Part shown: positions 25,233-39,042 of the stretch, one piece after another
Layout of the letters: every line of letters starts with the position of its first letter
How positions within the stretch are numbered: the first letter of the stretch is position 1
Assembly: GCA_963514005.1 (NCBI GenBank)
Contig: OY740797.1
Span: 23,250,001-23,314,000, forward strand
Length of the DNA: 64,000 bases
Reading direction: 5' to 3'
Source of the DNA: Raja brachyura
Taxonomy: Eukaryota
The notes under the pieces: generated by a model
The model's database searches: none
The model's input: only the letters and a program-made list of their open reading frames with translations
Told to the model about the DNA's origin: nothing
Made by a program: the position numbers and the translations under genes

Positions 25233-27939
25233 ACTCCCCCCCCCCCCCCCCCAATTCCTTGGACAGGTTGAATAGAAATGTCCCCAATCTCATTGTTTTA
25301 TTAATTGAACACATAGATGAACATCCTCAAGGAGTGCAATCAGATGGAAACTGAATCAGATGGATATTTAAGAGCTTGTTCAAAGAAAGGGAATATTTTA
25401 AAGGAGTGACAGAGATGCTTGCAGGGGAATGTGTGAGGAGATTATTATTTGTCTTTAGTTTTAGCTTGAACCAGGACATCTGAAGATTCAAAGTTTAATA
25501 TAGTAATTGTACTAATACTGACCCCAACCAACCACGTGATGAATATCATCCATTCCGGAGGTTTGACTTTTATGATGCCATTTAAACTTCACTAGGATTT
25601 CAATCACTTCAATGTAAAAGTAATTGGGAATGGGGAGCATTGGAACAAAAATTTGCCCTCGGTACATATTAACTGTAATATAATAATATATGCATGTTGG
25701 TAGGTGCAATCAAAACAAAGATCTTTTTATCATTGTTGTGTTATGAATACCACAGAAAATATTATGTACTCTCAAGATCACATTTAATAGAATAATATTG
25801 CTTAAATATACAGTTATTGGACTTTGCATTTCGGAAAAGTTCCAGCAGAGAGGAAGGCAGCAAAATACTGAAAATATTGGGGGTGAAAATGACTTCAGGA
25901 CAGTTTGTTAGGAAAATGAAATAAATGGTAACAGAATACTTATACAGCTGAGTGAGTATACTTTTATGGATGATAAATTATGTTCCACCAATTGATGACT
26001 TCTTTGACAAAGTAACTAGCATGTTAATAACAAGGAAGCCAATGGATGTAGCAAATGTTGTTATAGATAATTTGGTCTGTGAAGTGCCCCATAAAAGATT
26101 ACTGCATTAGATAAGCACCTGTGAACTTGAACATAATAGGTTAAGTCCAGGGGGTCAAATATGGGGCTTTATGTGAGGGTCAGATATATTGTCAGTGCAG
26201 AGGGGCTAGGAGAAAGGCCAAGTGTGCATCCAGAGTCAAGGTCTTGAATAGTACTAGGTGCGCAAGTCAAAGCTGGGACCAGGGGAGTGTTCAGCACTGG
26301 GAACCTAAGCAGGTAAGCAGCTATGATCAGGGTAGACTAGGGGGAGGGGGCAAGTGTAAGGCTGGACTCAGGAACAGGAATGAGAGAAGGTATGCAACTG
26401 GAGTCAGGGTCAGGAGTAGTACCAGGTGTGCAGTGAGACCCAGGTTCGTCAACATGGGCCGTGTTTGATTATAATCTGATTTCCATACATGAATATACTA
26501 AGATCAGTCATGTGCTGCACGTATTGATCAGAGCCTGGGCTCTACTGTGGAATGTAATTTAATTTAACCTTATTCAAAGCTAATCCAATTTAAAGCATAT
26601 ATATTGCATTCAAGTGCAATTTAAAAGACTCGCTACAGTATGCACCATATTGCATAATTTCAAGCTGAAAAATGCAAAAGCTCCGTACCAATGGGAGGGG
26701 GGACACCCTCATCCCACCATACTGGAATGACATGTATGAAACTGTTCTTATTACTGGCCATCATTAAATAACTGATAGATATGTTACTCTGGATAAAATT
26801 AACTTTGATTTAAATTTTGTTTGAATTCCCAGTTTATTTACTTTATATTTTCTAATTACATGTATTTTTGTTTCATTTGATAATTTGATGTTTGGTTACA
26901 GTAACCAAAATATTGATAATGATGCATTTACCCACCATTTCTGGTTGATGCCAACATAATTAACTGAATATGAACATGCCATTTAACTCAGCTGTGGAAT
27001 GAATTGTCCAGTGCTTCCAATTTGCAATATGTAATTCAAATGCTTGGCACCCTTGCGTGAGTAATGATAGTACACTGTTGTGGGCAGTAACAGATATTCA
27101 GCTCTGTGCTAGGATATCCGTGTTGGTCTCTCCTACCAGCTAATCGGTACTTTCAAGGTCTTGGGGAATACAAAACCAATGTTACACATGCCCCTATTTG
27201 CGTTGCAGATCACACACAAAAAAAAATATTGAGAACGAAGGCCAGATATGGGGTGTGAGAGTAGAAAGGAAGCCAGTTGTTGATGTCCAGAGTACTTAGG
27301 CTGGAGTTACTTTGGTCATAGGAGGACTGGGACCTGGTTTCTGGTTCATGTGTTCATGAACCAGAAACTCTTCTTCAAACTGATTGGAATGGGGGAGAAA
27401 ACTGGAAAAGAGAGGTGGAGCCAAGACTAGGCCAGGCAAGTGATAGGTGGATACGAGTGAGGGGGCGGAGGGGGCTGGGTGGGAAGGATTGATTAGGAGA
27501 TGGGTGGAGTAAGTGTAAAGGCTAGAAATGAAAAGGAAACAAAAGGGCGTCAGAAATGCTGTTTGTGGTTTATATTAACGATTTGGATGAGAATGTACAA
27601 GGTATCATAGATAGTGAAGAAGGTTATCTAGAATTGCGGTACCGTCTTGTTCAGCTGGAAAAGTGAGCTGTAGAATGGCGAATGGAGTTTAATGTGGATA
27701 TGTTCGAGGTGTTGCATTTTGGAAAGTCAAACCAGGGCAGGACCTTCATGGTAAATGGTAAGGATCTGGCGAGTGTCGTAGAACAGAGAGATCTCGAGTA
27801 CATGTACATATTAGCTGAATGTGGCTTCACAAGTAGATGGGGGTGCTAAATAAGGTTTTTGGTACATTGCCTTCATCAATCAGGGTACTGAGTATAGTTG
27901 TTCCAGTTATACCTCTATCTTTAACACTTTCTCCCTTTT

Positions 27940-28720
27940 GTGATCTCACTGACTCCCACAGTTACCTTTACTACAAGTCCCACCCTGCCTCTTGCAAGAA
28001 TATCATCCCTTCATTTCTCCATCTGTGCCACATCGGCTCCCTCGATGACACTTTCCTATCCAGGACATCCAGGGTGCCCTTTCTTCAGTAAATGTGATTT
28101 GCCCCCTGCAGTTGTGGATGGAGTCCTCACCCGCATCTTCTCTTTATCCACCAGTTCTGTTCTCACTCCCCCACCGCACAGATGGAACAAGGATAGAGTT
28201 CATCTGATCCTCTCCTTTCACACCATCCATCTTCCATATCCGCCTCCTTCAACGTGATCCCATTACCAGTCACATCTTCCCATCCAAGCCTCTTTCCGTT
28301 TCCTGAAACATCACTCCCTTTGCAACTCCTTGGTTTACTCATCTGTTCCCTCTCAACCCCACCCCCCCTCCCCCCCCCTCTTCCGGTTTCCATAGAGACC
28401 TCTCCCTCCTGAGTTCACTCATCCTTTCCCACTCAACCTGCCCACTCGCCTTGTCCGCTGCATTCAACACTTTCCTTCTTTACATTGCCGAACCAGGTGT
28501 AGATTAGGTGACTGTTTTGCTTAACACTTGCCCACCAAAGCCTGCTGGAACTCCTGGATGCAAAACATTTTAACACCCTTTCCCATTCCCAAAACAACCT
28601 TTCTGTCCTTGGCCTCTTATATTGCCAGGGTGAGACCAGGTGAAAACTGGAGGAACAGTACCTCGTACTCCATTAGAGTAGCTGAAAACCTAATTACCAA
28701 TTTCAAATAACACCCACCCT
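27940..28720 (+). mobile_element. Penelope-like element fragment (RT thumb to GIY-YIG), decayed
   Basis: TDSHSYLYYKSHPASCKNIIP..FLHLCHI motif; homologous to 58266-58975. Confidence 0.8.
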
Positions 28721-28938
28721 TTCCTGTGTCCAATCCCTTCCCTGGTGCACATACATTTCTCCCGCCATCTACTCCCTCCCCCCAGTCACCCTGTGCTTTC
28801 CCCTCCCTCATACACTCATCTCTCACTCTCAAGTTCCCCATTTCCCATTCATTCCCCTCTCTTCCCCTCCCACCGTCATCCCTCCCTACAGCTTTGCTTT
28901 TCACTCCTCATCACTCCTTATCTTAAACTCTTCAAAAC

Positions 28939-29770
28939 AAAGTCAAAGTCAAACAAACTTTATTGTCATTTAGAAATACATTGATATATGCAGTTCCAAA
29001 CGAAATTACGTTGCATTTGGCTCCCTGTGCAACACAATAAATTAACCGAAGGATAGGTATGTATGAAAAGGGTAAATAGACAATAGTGGCAGCCCATTTA
29101 CATGGCATTCAGGAGTCTGATGGCTCGTGGGAAGAAGCTGTTGCGGAACCTTGATGTTCTGCTCCTCATGCTGCGGTATCTTTTTCCCGAGGGCAGCAGA
29201 GTGAACAGTCCGTGATGGAGATGTGTGGGGTCCTTTATGATACTGCTGGCCTTAGACACACAGCGTTTGGTCGCAATATCCCCGATTGAGGGGAGAGAGG
29301 TCCCGATGATTTTTTCCGCTGTCCTCACCACTCTCTGCACAGACTTCCAGTCGGAGGCTCTACAGTCCCCAAACCAGACAGAGATACAGCTGGTCAGAAT
29401 ACTCTCTATGGTGCCCCTGTAGAAAGTAGTGAGGATGGGATGGGGGAGATGAGCTCTTCTCATCCTGCGCAGAAAGTGCAACCGCTGCTGCGCTCTCTTA
29501 ACAGTTGATGAGATGTTAGTCGACCAGGTCAGACTGTTAGTGACCTGCACCCCCAGGAACTTTGTGCTACTGACCACCTCCACATCGCTGTCATTGATGT
29601 GAAGTGGTGTGGGACTGTGCCGGGTTTTCCTGAAGTCGACGATAATCTCCTTTGTTTTCTCGACATTCAGGATCAGGTTGTTCGTATTGCACCAGTCCAC
29701 CAGTTGTTTCACCTCCTCCCTGTAAGCCAGCTCATTGTCGTCCCTGATGAGGCCCACCACTGTTTTGTGC
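28939..29770 (-). mobile_element. Relatively intact Rex1/Babar LINE 3' segment
   Basis: Open ORF 29098..29796: VVGLIRDDNELAYREEV..LILNVEKTKEIIVDFRK..KFLGV..KRAQQRLHFLRRM..RYRSMRSRTSRFRNSFFPRAIRLLN; AATAAA plus (tgactt)n tail. Confidence 0.95.
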
Positions 29771-31569
29771 ACCTTTACACCTCTAGTGCTTATCACTTAT
29801 TCCATCCATCTGCCAATCAAACCCCATCCTTGCCTTCTTCCACCCATCACGTGCCTGGCTTTGTTCAACCCCAACTCTCTTTTCCAGCTTTTTTCTCCTG
29901 ACTCCAATCAGGCTGAAGAAGGGTCCTGATCCAAAACGTCCGTCCATTCCCTCCGCAGATGCTGCTTCATGAGTGATAGCGAAGAAAGATGCGGATAACT
30001 GCACCTAAAAAACACTTATTTGTCCAGATAATGCTCTGGATGTATTAATCAAGGCTTTCACTCCAGCACCAACCACCCTTTTGCTAATTTGTTTGAGGAA
30101 TATTACGATAGGATGTGGAAAAGTGCCCAGGTACATGCTGTCCATAAAACCAAACAGATCGGATACAATTAACTAATTAACCATACAATCAGCCTGTTCT
30201 CAATGATAAGCAAAGTAATTGAAGATGTCTTCCATAATGCCTATAATGTGGCACAAACTCACAAATAACCTGCTCATTGATGCCTAATTGGGTTTCACCA
30301 GACCTCATCAAGGTCTTGTTTCAAGGCAGGAATAAGATGAGAATAACTGTCCTTGCGTGACGATAGAGCAGGGTTTCATTGGAAGTGGCATCAAAATTCC
30401 CTGGCAGGACTTAATTTAATTCTAAGCTGCTCTCATTGTACTCCTAAACCCACAAACTCCAACACCAAGAAGAGCAAAGGTGGCAGACACATGCAGCAAC
30501 ATACTCCCCTATCATAGCACAGTATAGTACTATCCTGAGCTATACAATTCAGTTTCTATAAAAAATAAAATGTATTGAAAAATTGGGATTTACAAGATGG
30601 ATCATGATGTCAGCAATTTTCATTCAAAATCTTTTCATGTCAGTCTTGCTAACACCCAAATGCATGCAATATCATTCAAAGCGTGTCTGGATGCCAATTC
30701 TATAATTTTTTAACTAGTATGTGTGACCCATTCTGAACGGCACTCATACACAAGAGATCTCACAACACCCAAGATACCACTTCACATGTCTGTATTAAAG
30801 GAGCCCTACCTGATTGGGACCCAGCCTAGAGCAGGGTGACGTGCCGCATCCCCCTCCCCCACCCAACAATATGATGAATACTGTTCAAATAATTAGCCTT
30901 TGTTTCTCTGTCACATTGTGTTAATTGAAATCAGTTCTATTTCAGAGTTGGATTGAGGAATTGTAACCACACCAGCTAGCCACATCTGCAAATCTGTTTT
31001 ATCCTTGTGTGCGAATGATTATTTTAACAAAAGTGAAGTAGGTACTCAGTATATCTTTGGCAATGCTGATGTAATCAAGATCATCGATTTAGTTGGGTGG
31101 AGGGTGGGGGGGGGGGGGGGGGAATGAGTGAGGGAAAATGAGAGAACTCTGCACCTTCTTTGTATTGCCATTCAATCTACTTCTGAAATTCATGGAATCT
31201 CATATCTAACTGATATGTATTTAACCTGCAAGAGACAAAGTACCCTTTATGGTAGTAATTAATAATGATATTCATTACATATTGCTCCAAAAATAAAACT
31301 ACATTACTTAGAACTTCTCCCTGATGCTGCATTTATACTTTAATTAATAGTTCACTTTATTTGAAAGGTTTGGAGCATTGTGATGCATCAATGGAAATAA
31401 ATACCTGGTCCAAGAATTAGCTAGAACCACCATAAAACGTTCCCTCTTTGATCTATCTCAGAAGTTTCATGGAATGTGCATTCATCTCTCTGTCACATTG
31501 TGCTAATTTTCAAAGCAAGATAAAGGAATTCTACCCACAACCAGTATAGCAAATCTAGAAGTATAGAGG

Positions 31570-31790
31570 GTACACAAAAGGCTGGAGAAACTCAGCGGGT
31601 GCAGCAGCATTTAAGGAGCGAAGGAGATACGCGACGTTTCGGGTCGAGACCCTTCTTCAGACCTGGTCTCGGGTCTCGACCCGAAACGTCGCCTATCTCC
31701 TTCACTCCTTAGATGCTGCTGCACCCACTAAGTTTCTCCAGCCTTTTGTGTACCCTCGATTCTCCAGCATCTGCAGTTCTTTCTTTAACA
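31570..31790. mobile_element. Palindromic Penelope terminal-repeat insertion with 15-bp TSD
   Basis: TSD ctagaagtatagagg at 31555-31569 and 31791-31805; ~87-bp inverted arms 31566-31652 / 31671-31757. Confidence 0.9.
31629..31664 (-). ncRNA. Minimal type-I hammerhead-ribozyme-like motif (Penelope-associated)
   Basis: Minus strand: AGGT-CTGAAGA-A-GGGTC-TC-GACCC-GAAA-CG-TC-gcgt. CUGANGA and GAAA boxes flank a perfect stem II; candidate GUC cleavage triplet. Confidence 0.55.
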
Positions 31791-32764
31791 CTAGAAGTAT
31801 AGAGGCTGGTTTGGGCAAGGGAACGTCAATTATTTTCCTAGCTTCCTTTCCTACTCACTATAGCGTTTGCCTGTGGAGATGATATTAATCTAGATTATCC
31901 TTTCTTCAGTTATAAATTCTTCTAGATAAAATTGTCACTAAGCTTTCATCAAAACTTGCAGAAGCAAAGAATGAATAATTAAATAATTAAATATTTAGAC
32001 CAGAATCCATGGAATCCTATTCCACAGTGAGTTCATGGAACTATACTCTAATATCAGAGTAATATTCATAGAACAAGGGTCGGCGAATCTGCATCTTGAG
32101 CATGTTCTGCTATTCAGTAAGATCATGGCTGATCCAATCGTAGCTTCAATAGAATGTTCCTGCTCTCTCCTTATACCCTTTGAAACTCTTGTATTTAAAT
32201 ATTTATCAGTCTTTAATATGTTCAGTCACTCTCCATGCCATTGGAGCGAATTCCGTATATCGCCCTGCTGAGGGAAGGCATTCCTTTTCATCTCTATCTT
32301 AAATTGATGACTGCTTATTGGTCAACAACATATTCTACTTTCTGTTAATCCCACTAGTAGGAAGCATTATTTCAGCATTCGCCCTATCAATCCACCCAGT
32401 ATTCTATAGTTCTATAAGATTTGTATAATTCCATTTTATTCCCATGCTCAAATCCTCCAGCGATAAAAACTCATCTTTGTCTTATTTGTTATAGCTAAAT
32501 ATTAATTTGCAGTGATTCATTTATAGCACTTTGGGAACCAATCTCTTTCAATCTCGCCACATAAAAATACTCTGTCTTTCTATTATTTTCCTCTAGAGTG
32601 CATGACCTCAAAAAGTCTACAATATCTGCCCATTCACAGCCTGTTCATATCCTCTTTAAGTCATTCCATCCAACCTAACATTCCACACTGCAACCAGTTT
32701 TGGATCATCAGCAAACTGATATATATGACTCTGGATGCCAACTATGTTGCAGGTGTTAGAATCT

Positions 32765-33320
32765 ATTAGATGTGGGTGCCTTTCCTTCGAAGATTGAGGA
32801 GATTTAGTATGCCGACGAATACTCTCTTGAACGTCTACATGTATATGCTGGAGAGCATATTGACTGGTTGCAACATGACCCATTTTGTCAATTCGAACAG
32901 AGGAATGAAGAAGATTGCAAAATGTTGTGAACATTGCCTGGTCCATCACAGATATGACCTCGTCACCATCAGAGAGGATCTATAAAAGACACTGTATAAA
33001 AGGCAGCTAGGATCATCAAGGATCCACACCACCCAGCCCACGCTCTTCTGCCGCCGTGAAAAAGGTATAGGAATCTGAAAACTGTAACGTCCAGGTTCAG
33101 AAGCAGGCTCTTTCCAACAACTATCAGACTATTGAGTATTGACTATTCGGGACTTTGGGCTTTGTTTTTGCACAGTAATGTTTTTTTTTAATTTATTGAA
33201 CTTTTTGCTTGTTTGTTGCGTTATCTATTGAGCACTACATTTACAAATCTGTTCTGCTGAAGCAAGTAAGAATGTATTTGTTCTGTTTCGGACATATAAC
33301 AAACACTCTTGATTCTCTTG
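32765..33320 (+). mobile_element. Rex1/Babar LINE 3' fragment
   Basis: FLRRLRRFSMPTNTLLNVY..LESILTGC; tail gcaagtaagaatgtatttgttctg..aaacactcttgattctcttga. Confidence 0.85.
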
Positions 33321-34197
33321 ATGGTGCAGTGAAAACTGAGGCCAATTGCAGGCAAATGGGACTTGTTTAAATAGGGCATCTTGGTCAGCATGGGCGAGAT
33401 AGGCTGAAGAGCCTGTTTCTGTGCTCTTTGACTATAGCTTTCTTACCACTGACGTTGGGATCACCAGCCTGTAGTTCTCTAGCTGTCCTTCTAAATAATG
33501 GTACAACATTAGTCATCCTCCAGTCTTCCATAATCGAATGAGGCCAAATATTTTTGCAAAGACTTCCTAGCTTTCCTTCCTAAATTTCCTCCCTCGCTTC
33601 TACAAGCTCCATAGATACTTTTGGTTAACTCTGGGGATTTATCCATCTTCATGCACTTTAAAACTACCAGTACCTCCTCTTTGGTCATTTGTATATGATC
33701 TAAGACATCACTTTTCCTCTGACTCGGTTCTTAAGCTTCCATGATCTTCCAAGTGAAAGCACAAAAGAAATATTCATTTATTATCTCTCCCATCTTTTTT
33801 GGCACGACGCAAAGACAATCATGCTGATCTTTAACGAAGCCTATTCGTTCCTTAGCCATCGTCTTTAGGCCATTCTGATTGCTGTCTTAAGTATATACCT
33901 ATACTTATATTCACGGAGGGATTTGTTTGATCCTAATGCCTATATCTGACCTATGCATCCTTTGCCTTGACCAGACCCTCCATATCGCTCATCAATTTGG
34001 AATCCCTAAACTTGCTTTCCTTGCCATTCACCCTAACAGGAACATGCGGCACCTGCCCTCATGCTCTCTCACTTTTGAAGACCTCCCAGTTGCCAGTCAC
34101 CTGCAAACTAACTCTCCCAATTGACGTCTGTAAGTTCCCACCTGGCCTGCACATGCCCTGCACATCTCCATTGACTGAAAAATCATCCTTGCTCCAG

Positions 34198-34781
34198 GTC
34201 AATAGACAATAGGTGCAGGAGTAGGCCATTCGGCCCTTCGAGCCAGCACTGCCATTCAATGTGATCATGGCTGATCATCCCCAATCAGTACCCCATTCCT
34301 GCCTTCTCCCCATATCCCTGGATTCCGCTATTTGTAAGAACCCTATCTAGCTCTCTCTTGAAAGCATCCTGAGAACCCGCCTCCACAGCCCTCTGAGGCA
34401 GAGAATTCCACAGACTCACCACTCTCTGTGAGAAAAAGTGTTTCCTCGTCTCTGTTCTAAATGGTTTACTCCTTATTCTTAAACTGTGGCCCCTGGTTCT
34501 GGACTCCCCCAACATTGGGAACATGTTTCCTGCCTCTAGCGTATCCAAACCCTTAACAATCTTATATGTTTCAATGAGATACCCTCTCATCCTTCTAAAC
34601 TCCAGAGTGTACAAGCCCAGCTGCTCCATTCTCTCAGCATATGACAGTCCTGCCATCCTGGGAATTAACTTTGTAAACCTACGCTGCACTCCCTCAATAG
34701 CAAGAATGTCCTTCCTCAAATTAGGGGACCAAAACTGCACACAATACTCCAGGTGTGGTCTCACTAGGGCTCTGTATAACT
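34198..34781 (-). mobile_element. Young CR1 LINE 3' end nested in older CR1 sequence
   Basis: Open ORF 34285..34764 RPHLEYCVQFWSPNLRKDILAIEGVQRRFTKLIP...FFSQRVVSLWNSLP; older minus-strand CR1 sequence at 33440-34195. Confidence 0.93.
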
Positions 34782-37700
34782 GCTCCTATGGGCCAGGGCC
34801 TTAATTTGTGGGCCAGTCCTATCCTCCATAGGTACTTCAAAATTCATGCAGTTATGCTCATTGGTCCAAAGGTGCCTCCCCACCCCATAACACTTCAGTC
34901 ACTTGACCTACCTACCATATTTAGCCAACATCGCTCCAACACTTTTTTATCCATGCACTTGTCAGGACCTCGTGGGAGCTGCCTCTTATAGGTCCCCAAA
35001 CCTTGAGGGGCCAAACCATACGGGGGTGGTCTCTTTACAGTTCGATAACAGATATCGACCAACACAGTACATGATAGACATTTCCCTAACCCGATAATAC
35101 AGTAACCAATACATTGTATTCAAACGGAGCTTCTGGAAGGAAGCAAACATAGCAACATTGCCCAGATATTCAAGAAACCCAGACAAGGTTCAACACTTAA
35201 ACCAATCAACATCTAGCAAAGTAAACATTTGCAACAATATTTACAATGTATATGTGTGGTTTGCATTCACCCAATCTGTTTCATGCAATTTACACCTAAT
35301 TGTAAGACACTGCAGATGTCCCATTCTTTCCCTGCAACTCTTATCTGGGCTCCAGACAAGATGGCACCATTCTGCAGCTTGCCCCATTTCTGCAGAAGAC
35401 TCACTGAAATTGACCAAATGGCCTAGCAGCCCAGAAGCCTTTACTCAATGTTAGTGTCCTGGCATCTCCAGTTTGACCAGAATTAATAACACCTTCTGAG
35501 TAAAAATGTAGGCCCTCTAGATCCTATTAAATCATTCCCCTCTCACTCCAAACCTATGTCGGCTGGTTCTTGATTACCCTACCCTGGGTAAAAGATATGG
35601 TCCCATCAAGTCCCCTCATAATTTTATACACCTCTATACGAGCATCCCCTTGGCCCCTGCCATCCAAGGAATAAAGTCCCAGCTTGCCCAATTTCTCCCT
35701 ATAGCTCTGGCCCTTGAGTCTTGGCAACATGTCCGTACATCATCTATGCACTCCTTCCAGCTTAGTGACATCCTTCCTATAGCAGGGTGAGCAACACTGA
35801 ACACAGTGCTCCAAATGCAGCCTCACCAAGGTCTTGTACAACTGTAACATAACATATCAACTTATGTAGTCAATAACGTGACTGATGAAGGCCAATGTAC
35901 CAAAAACCTTCTCTACTACTCTATCTACCCATGACGCTGCCTCGGGGAGCTGTGTACCTGATCCCTCTGGCACACTCCCCAGGGCCCTCCCATTCACTAT
36001 TCACTATAAGTCACACTTATCTCTATTAAACTCCATTAGTCATTCTTTAGAGTACCTGCCTAGCTGATCAAGATCCTGCTGTAATGTTTGAGTATTTTGA
36101 AGCTGAGCACCCTCAACAAGTACATCCCATGTTTACAAATGATCTGCAAGCAGCTTAGATAAACTTGTAGTTGGCTAATGCAAGTCATGCTAAATGGGTT
36201 TCCTGTCCCACATCCTTTCATTTTGCCCAAAAATGTATTAAAAATATTTAGTGCTTATGTTGAGGATTTGCCCAGTCATAAGCGTGAATTAACTCCTTCA
36301 TTGTAGCCAGGAATGAGTAAGAGAGTGATCCACTTTGTGACAAATTGGTAAGCTCAGCAGTCAGAACTTGGGCAGTCACGCAGCGGTAGAGTTGCTGCCT
36401 ATCGACGCCAGAGATCCGGGTTTAATCCTGACTACGGGTGCTGTCTATACAGAGTATGTGTGTTTTCCTCGTGACCACGTGGGCCCAACAGGGTTCCATA
36501 GCACTAAGTCCCATGATTTGTTTTAAATATACATCAATGATTAAAACCTAAAGAAAGGGACCATGATAGAGAAATTTACTGATATTGCAATGCAATCGAC
36601 AGTGCCATGCAATCGACAGTAAGGGCATAAGTAAATATTTCAAAGAATAGATATTAGATGGTGGAATGGGAAATCTCTGCAGTGAACAAGGCACAAGGTG
36701 CTATTAATTGTGTGTAGAACTAATCCACGTTATCCAAGAAAGGATGCATAAATCATAAAAGTAAAAGACTGACCTTTGGAAAGTGCACCTCTGTGGGTCA
36801 TTTAAGTGTGGAAAATATCAGACCCTAGCCTTTTCCTGTTGCCATATCCACAACATAACTCAGTTGATACTCGTACGGATCGACAGATACGCCTAATTGT
36901 TTTTTTCCTTTCAGTGGCTAGGAGCTTGAGTCAGCTAAAGTTCTGTAATTACACCATCTGAGCATATTTACACAGAACACTGAAAAGAGTGAATTGGGCA
37001 TATGGTGTCTTATCAGACTAACTAGGTGCCCCTTCTGCCCCTCATTCCTGCATGATACAGCTGGTCAATTGAATGGGGTATTTTTAGGAGCCATTCTAAT
37101 CCTGTTTAAGCTTTAATTGTTTTTTCCTTCGACTGCTGAGACTTTTTGCTCTTGTATCCCTTCTCCTTAACATATATGCCACCCCATCTCTATTTCATTA
37201 ATTCAGATACCCTTTTAAACAACTATGGCACTTTCGACAATACAATAAGACAGGATTAACAGAAGTATCACTGAATATTTATTTGCTTTGCATTAATCCC
37301 CCAGGCAGATACGAATAACAAATCTTCATGTGGTATTGGTTCAGATGGAGACGGAGCCAGAATTGATTTGGAGAAAGGGGACGAGGATGCAACTTCTGAC
37401 TTGCCCCGGTCAACAGTATACAAAAGCACTAATAAAAGACTACCGTAATTGGGCATAAGCAGGAGTGGATATTGAAAGTCACCAGGGAAAACTATCAGAT
37501 CTGCAGCTGGTAAAGCTTTAATAATAAGTACCCATGTATGAACAACAGCTGTTGGTGGGTAGAATTTGCATTGAGGCAATTTATTAAGAAATTAGGTCAA
37601 TGTGGATAGACCATATTTCTAGGAATATAAGAGAAGCATTGGAAATTATAATAAAGTAGGGACATAGTTCTGCTGAAATATCTTGAAAATCTCAGAAGCT

Positions 37701-37889
37701 GGCAGATATCTTTGCGCTTCCTTTATGGTGTCACAGAGGTCATTATACAGTTTAAAATGTAAGACCACATGTAGTCAGAGATTTTTTAACAGTGGCTCAG
37801 ACGCCACTGAGAAGGACTGAATTATGTGGATGATTGCTTGGCAAAGGACAACATAAATGTGTGTCAGGAGTATTTCAAAAGAAAATAAA

Positions 37890-38150
37890 AAAAATACATG
37901 TATTTCTATGGTACATTTTCAGGGCATCCCAGAGTGAGTGCCTCAGTTATAATGCAGAAAAAGCAACAGCCAATTTTTTTCATATAAATCTCTGATGGGA
38001 TAATGACAAAATTGTTTCTTATCTTAATGCATCAGCCTGAGAGAGCAGATGGAGTCTTCTAATTTCTCATACAAAGCATTTCCCAGTGTGCAGCAGTCTT
38101 TCAATTCAGCCTGGGCTTTAGTGCTCAAGACTCTGGAATTGGAGTGCTAC
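37890..38150 (-). mobile_element. DeuSINE-like remnant
   Basis: aatgcagaaaaagcaacagccaattt...cctgagagagcagatggag...gtgcagcagtctttca...gtgctcaagactctgga matches the Deu-domain layout from memory. Confidence 0.5.
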
Positions 38151-39042
38151 AGTGCGGCACAGTAAAATGTGTTTCCAGTTCTCTTTACCGTATAGAACCT
38201 CTACTGGACAGTTTCCAGCTGGCTGACTGGAATGAACCTCCTTGGTTATGGACTTCCTAATACAGCTCACCTGGTACTTTGGAGAGACAAGGAACTGCAG
38301 ATGGTGAAAGCGCTGAAGTAATTCAGTGGATCGGGTAGCATCGATGGATGGAATTGATAGGTGACATTTCGGGTCAAGACCCTCCTTCAGACTGATTGTA
38401 GTGGGAGGCAGGAAGCTGGGAAAGAGAGGTGGGGGTGGCATAAAGCCTGGCAAGTGATAGGTAGATAGAGATGAGGGAGGGAGTGGTGGAGGGTTGATTG
38501 GCAGATGGGTAGAGTCAGTGACAAAGGCTCGAGATGAAAAAGAGCCAAAGGGCGTCAGTTAAGGCGAGAGAAAGAGTGCAACGTTATGCCAGAGAGAGTG
38601 ATATATGTGGAAGGGGACAGCTGTGAGGAGGGGGAGGAAAGGTGGGACAGAGGGAGAAATGGGTGTGCACTGAGATGGAGGGGGTGGGGCACAGGAAAGG
38701 GAGGCGTTAGAGATGGTACTAAAATGAGAGATTTCAAGCTACCCAAGTGAGTATGAGGTGTTTTCCTTCTAGTTTGCATGTGACCACACTCTGGCAATGG
38801 TGGCCCAGAACCGAAAGTGGAAGGAGAGTTAAATTGGTTAACCAGGAAATCCTGCAGATGCTGGCAGACTGAGCGCAGATGTCTGGCAAAATGGTTGCCT
38901 AGTCTACAATCTGTCTCGATGATGTAAAGGATGCCACATCAGGAGCATCAAATTTAGTAGATTAGCTTCGAAGAGATGCATATGAACCTCTGTCTCGTCT
39001 GGAAGGGTTGCTCGAGTTCCTTGATGGAGGTGAGGAAGGAGG

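Noticed and set aside
37305-37448. Possible exon (acceptor ...cccccAG, short open frame ADTNNKSSCGIG...)
   Set aside because: No recognisable homology and no convincing donor.
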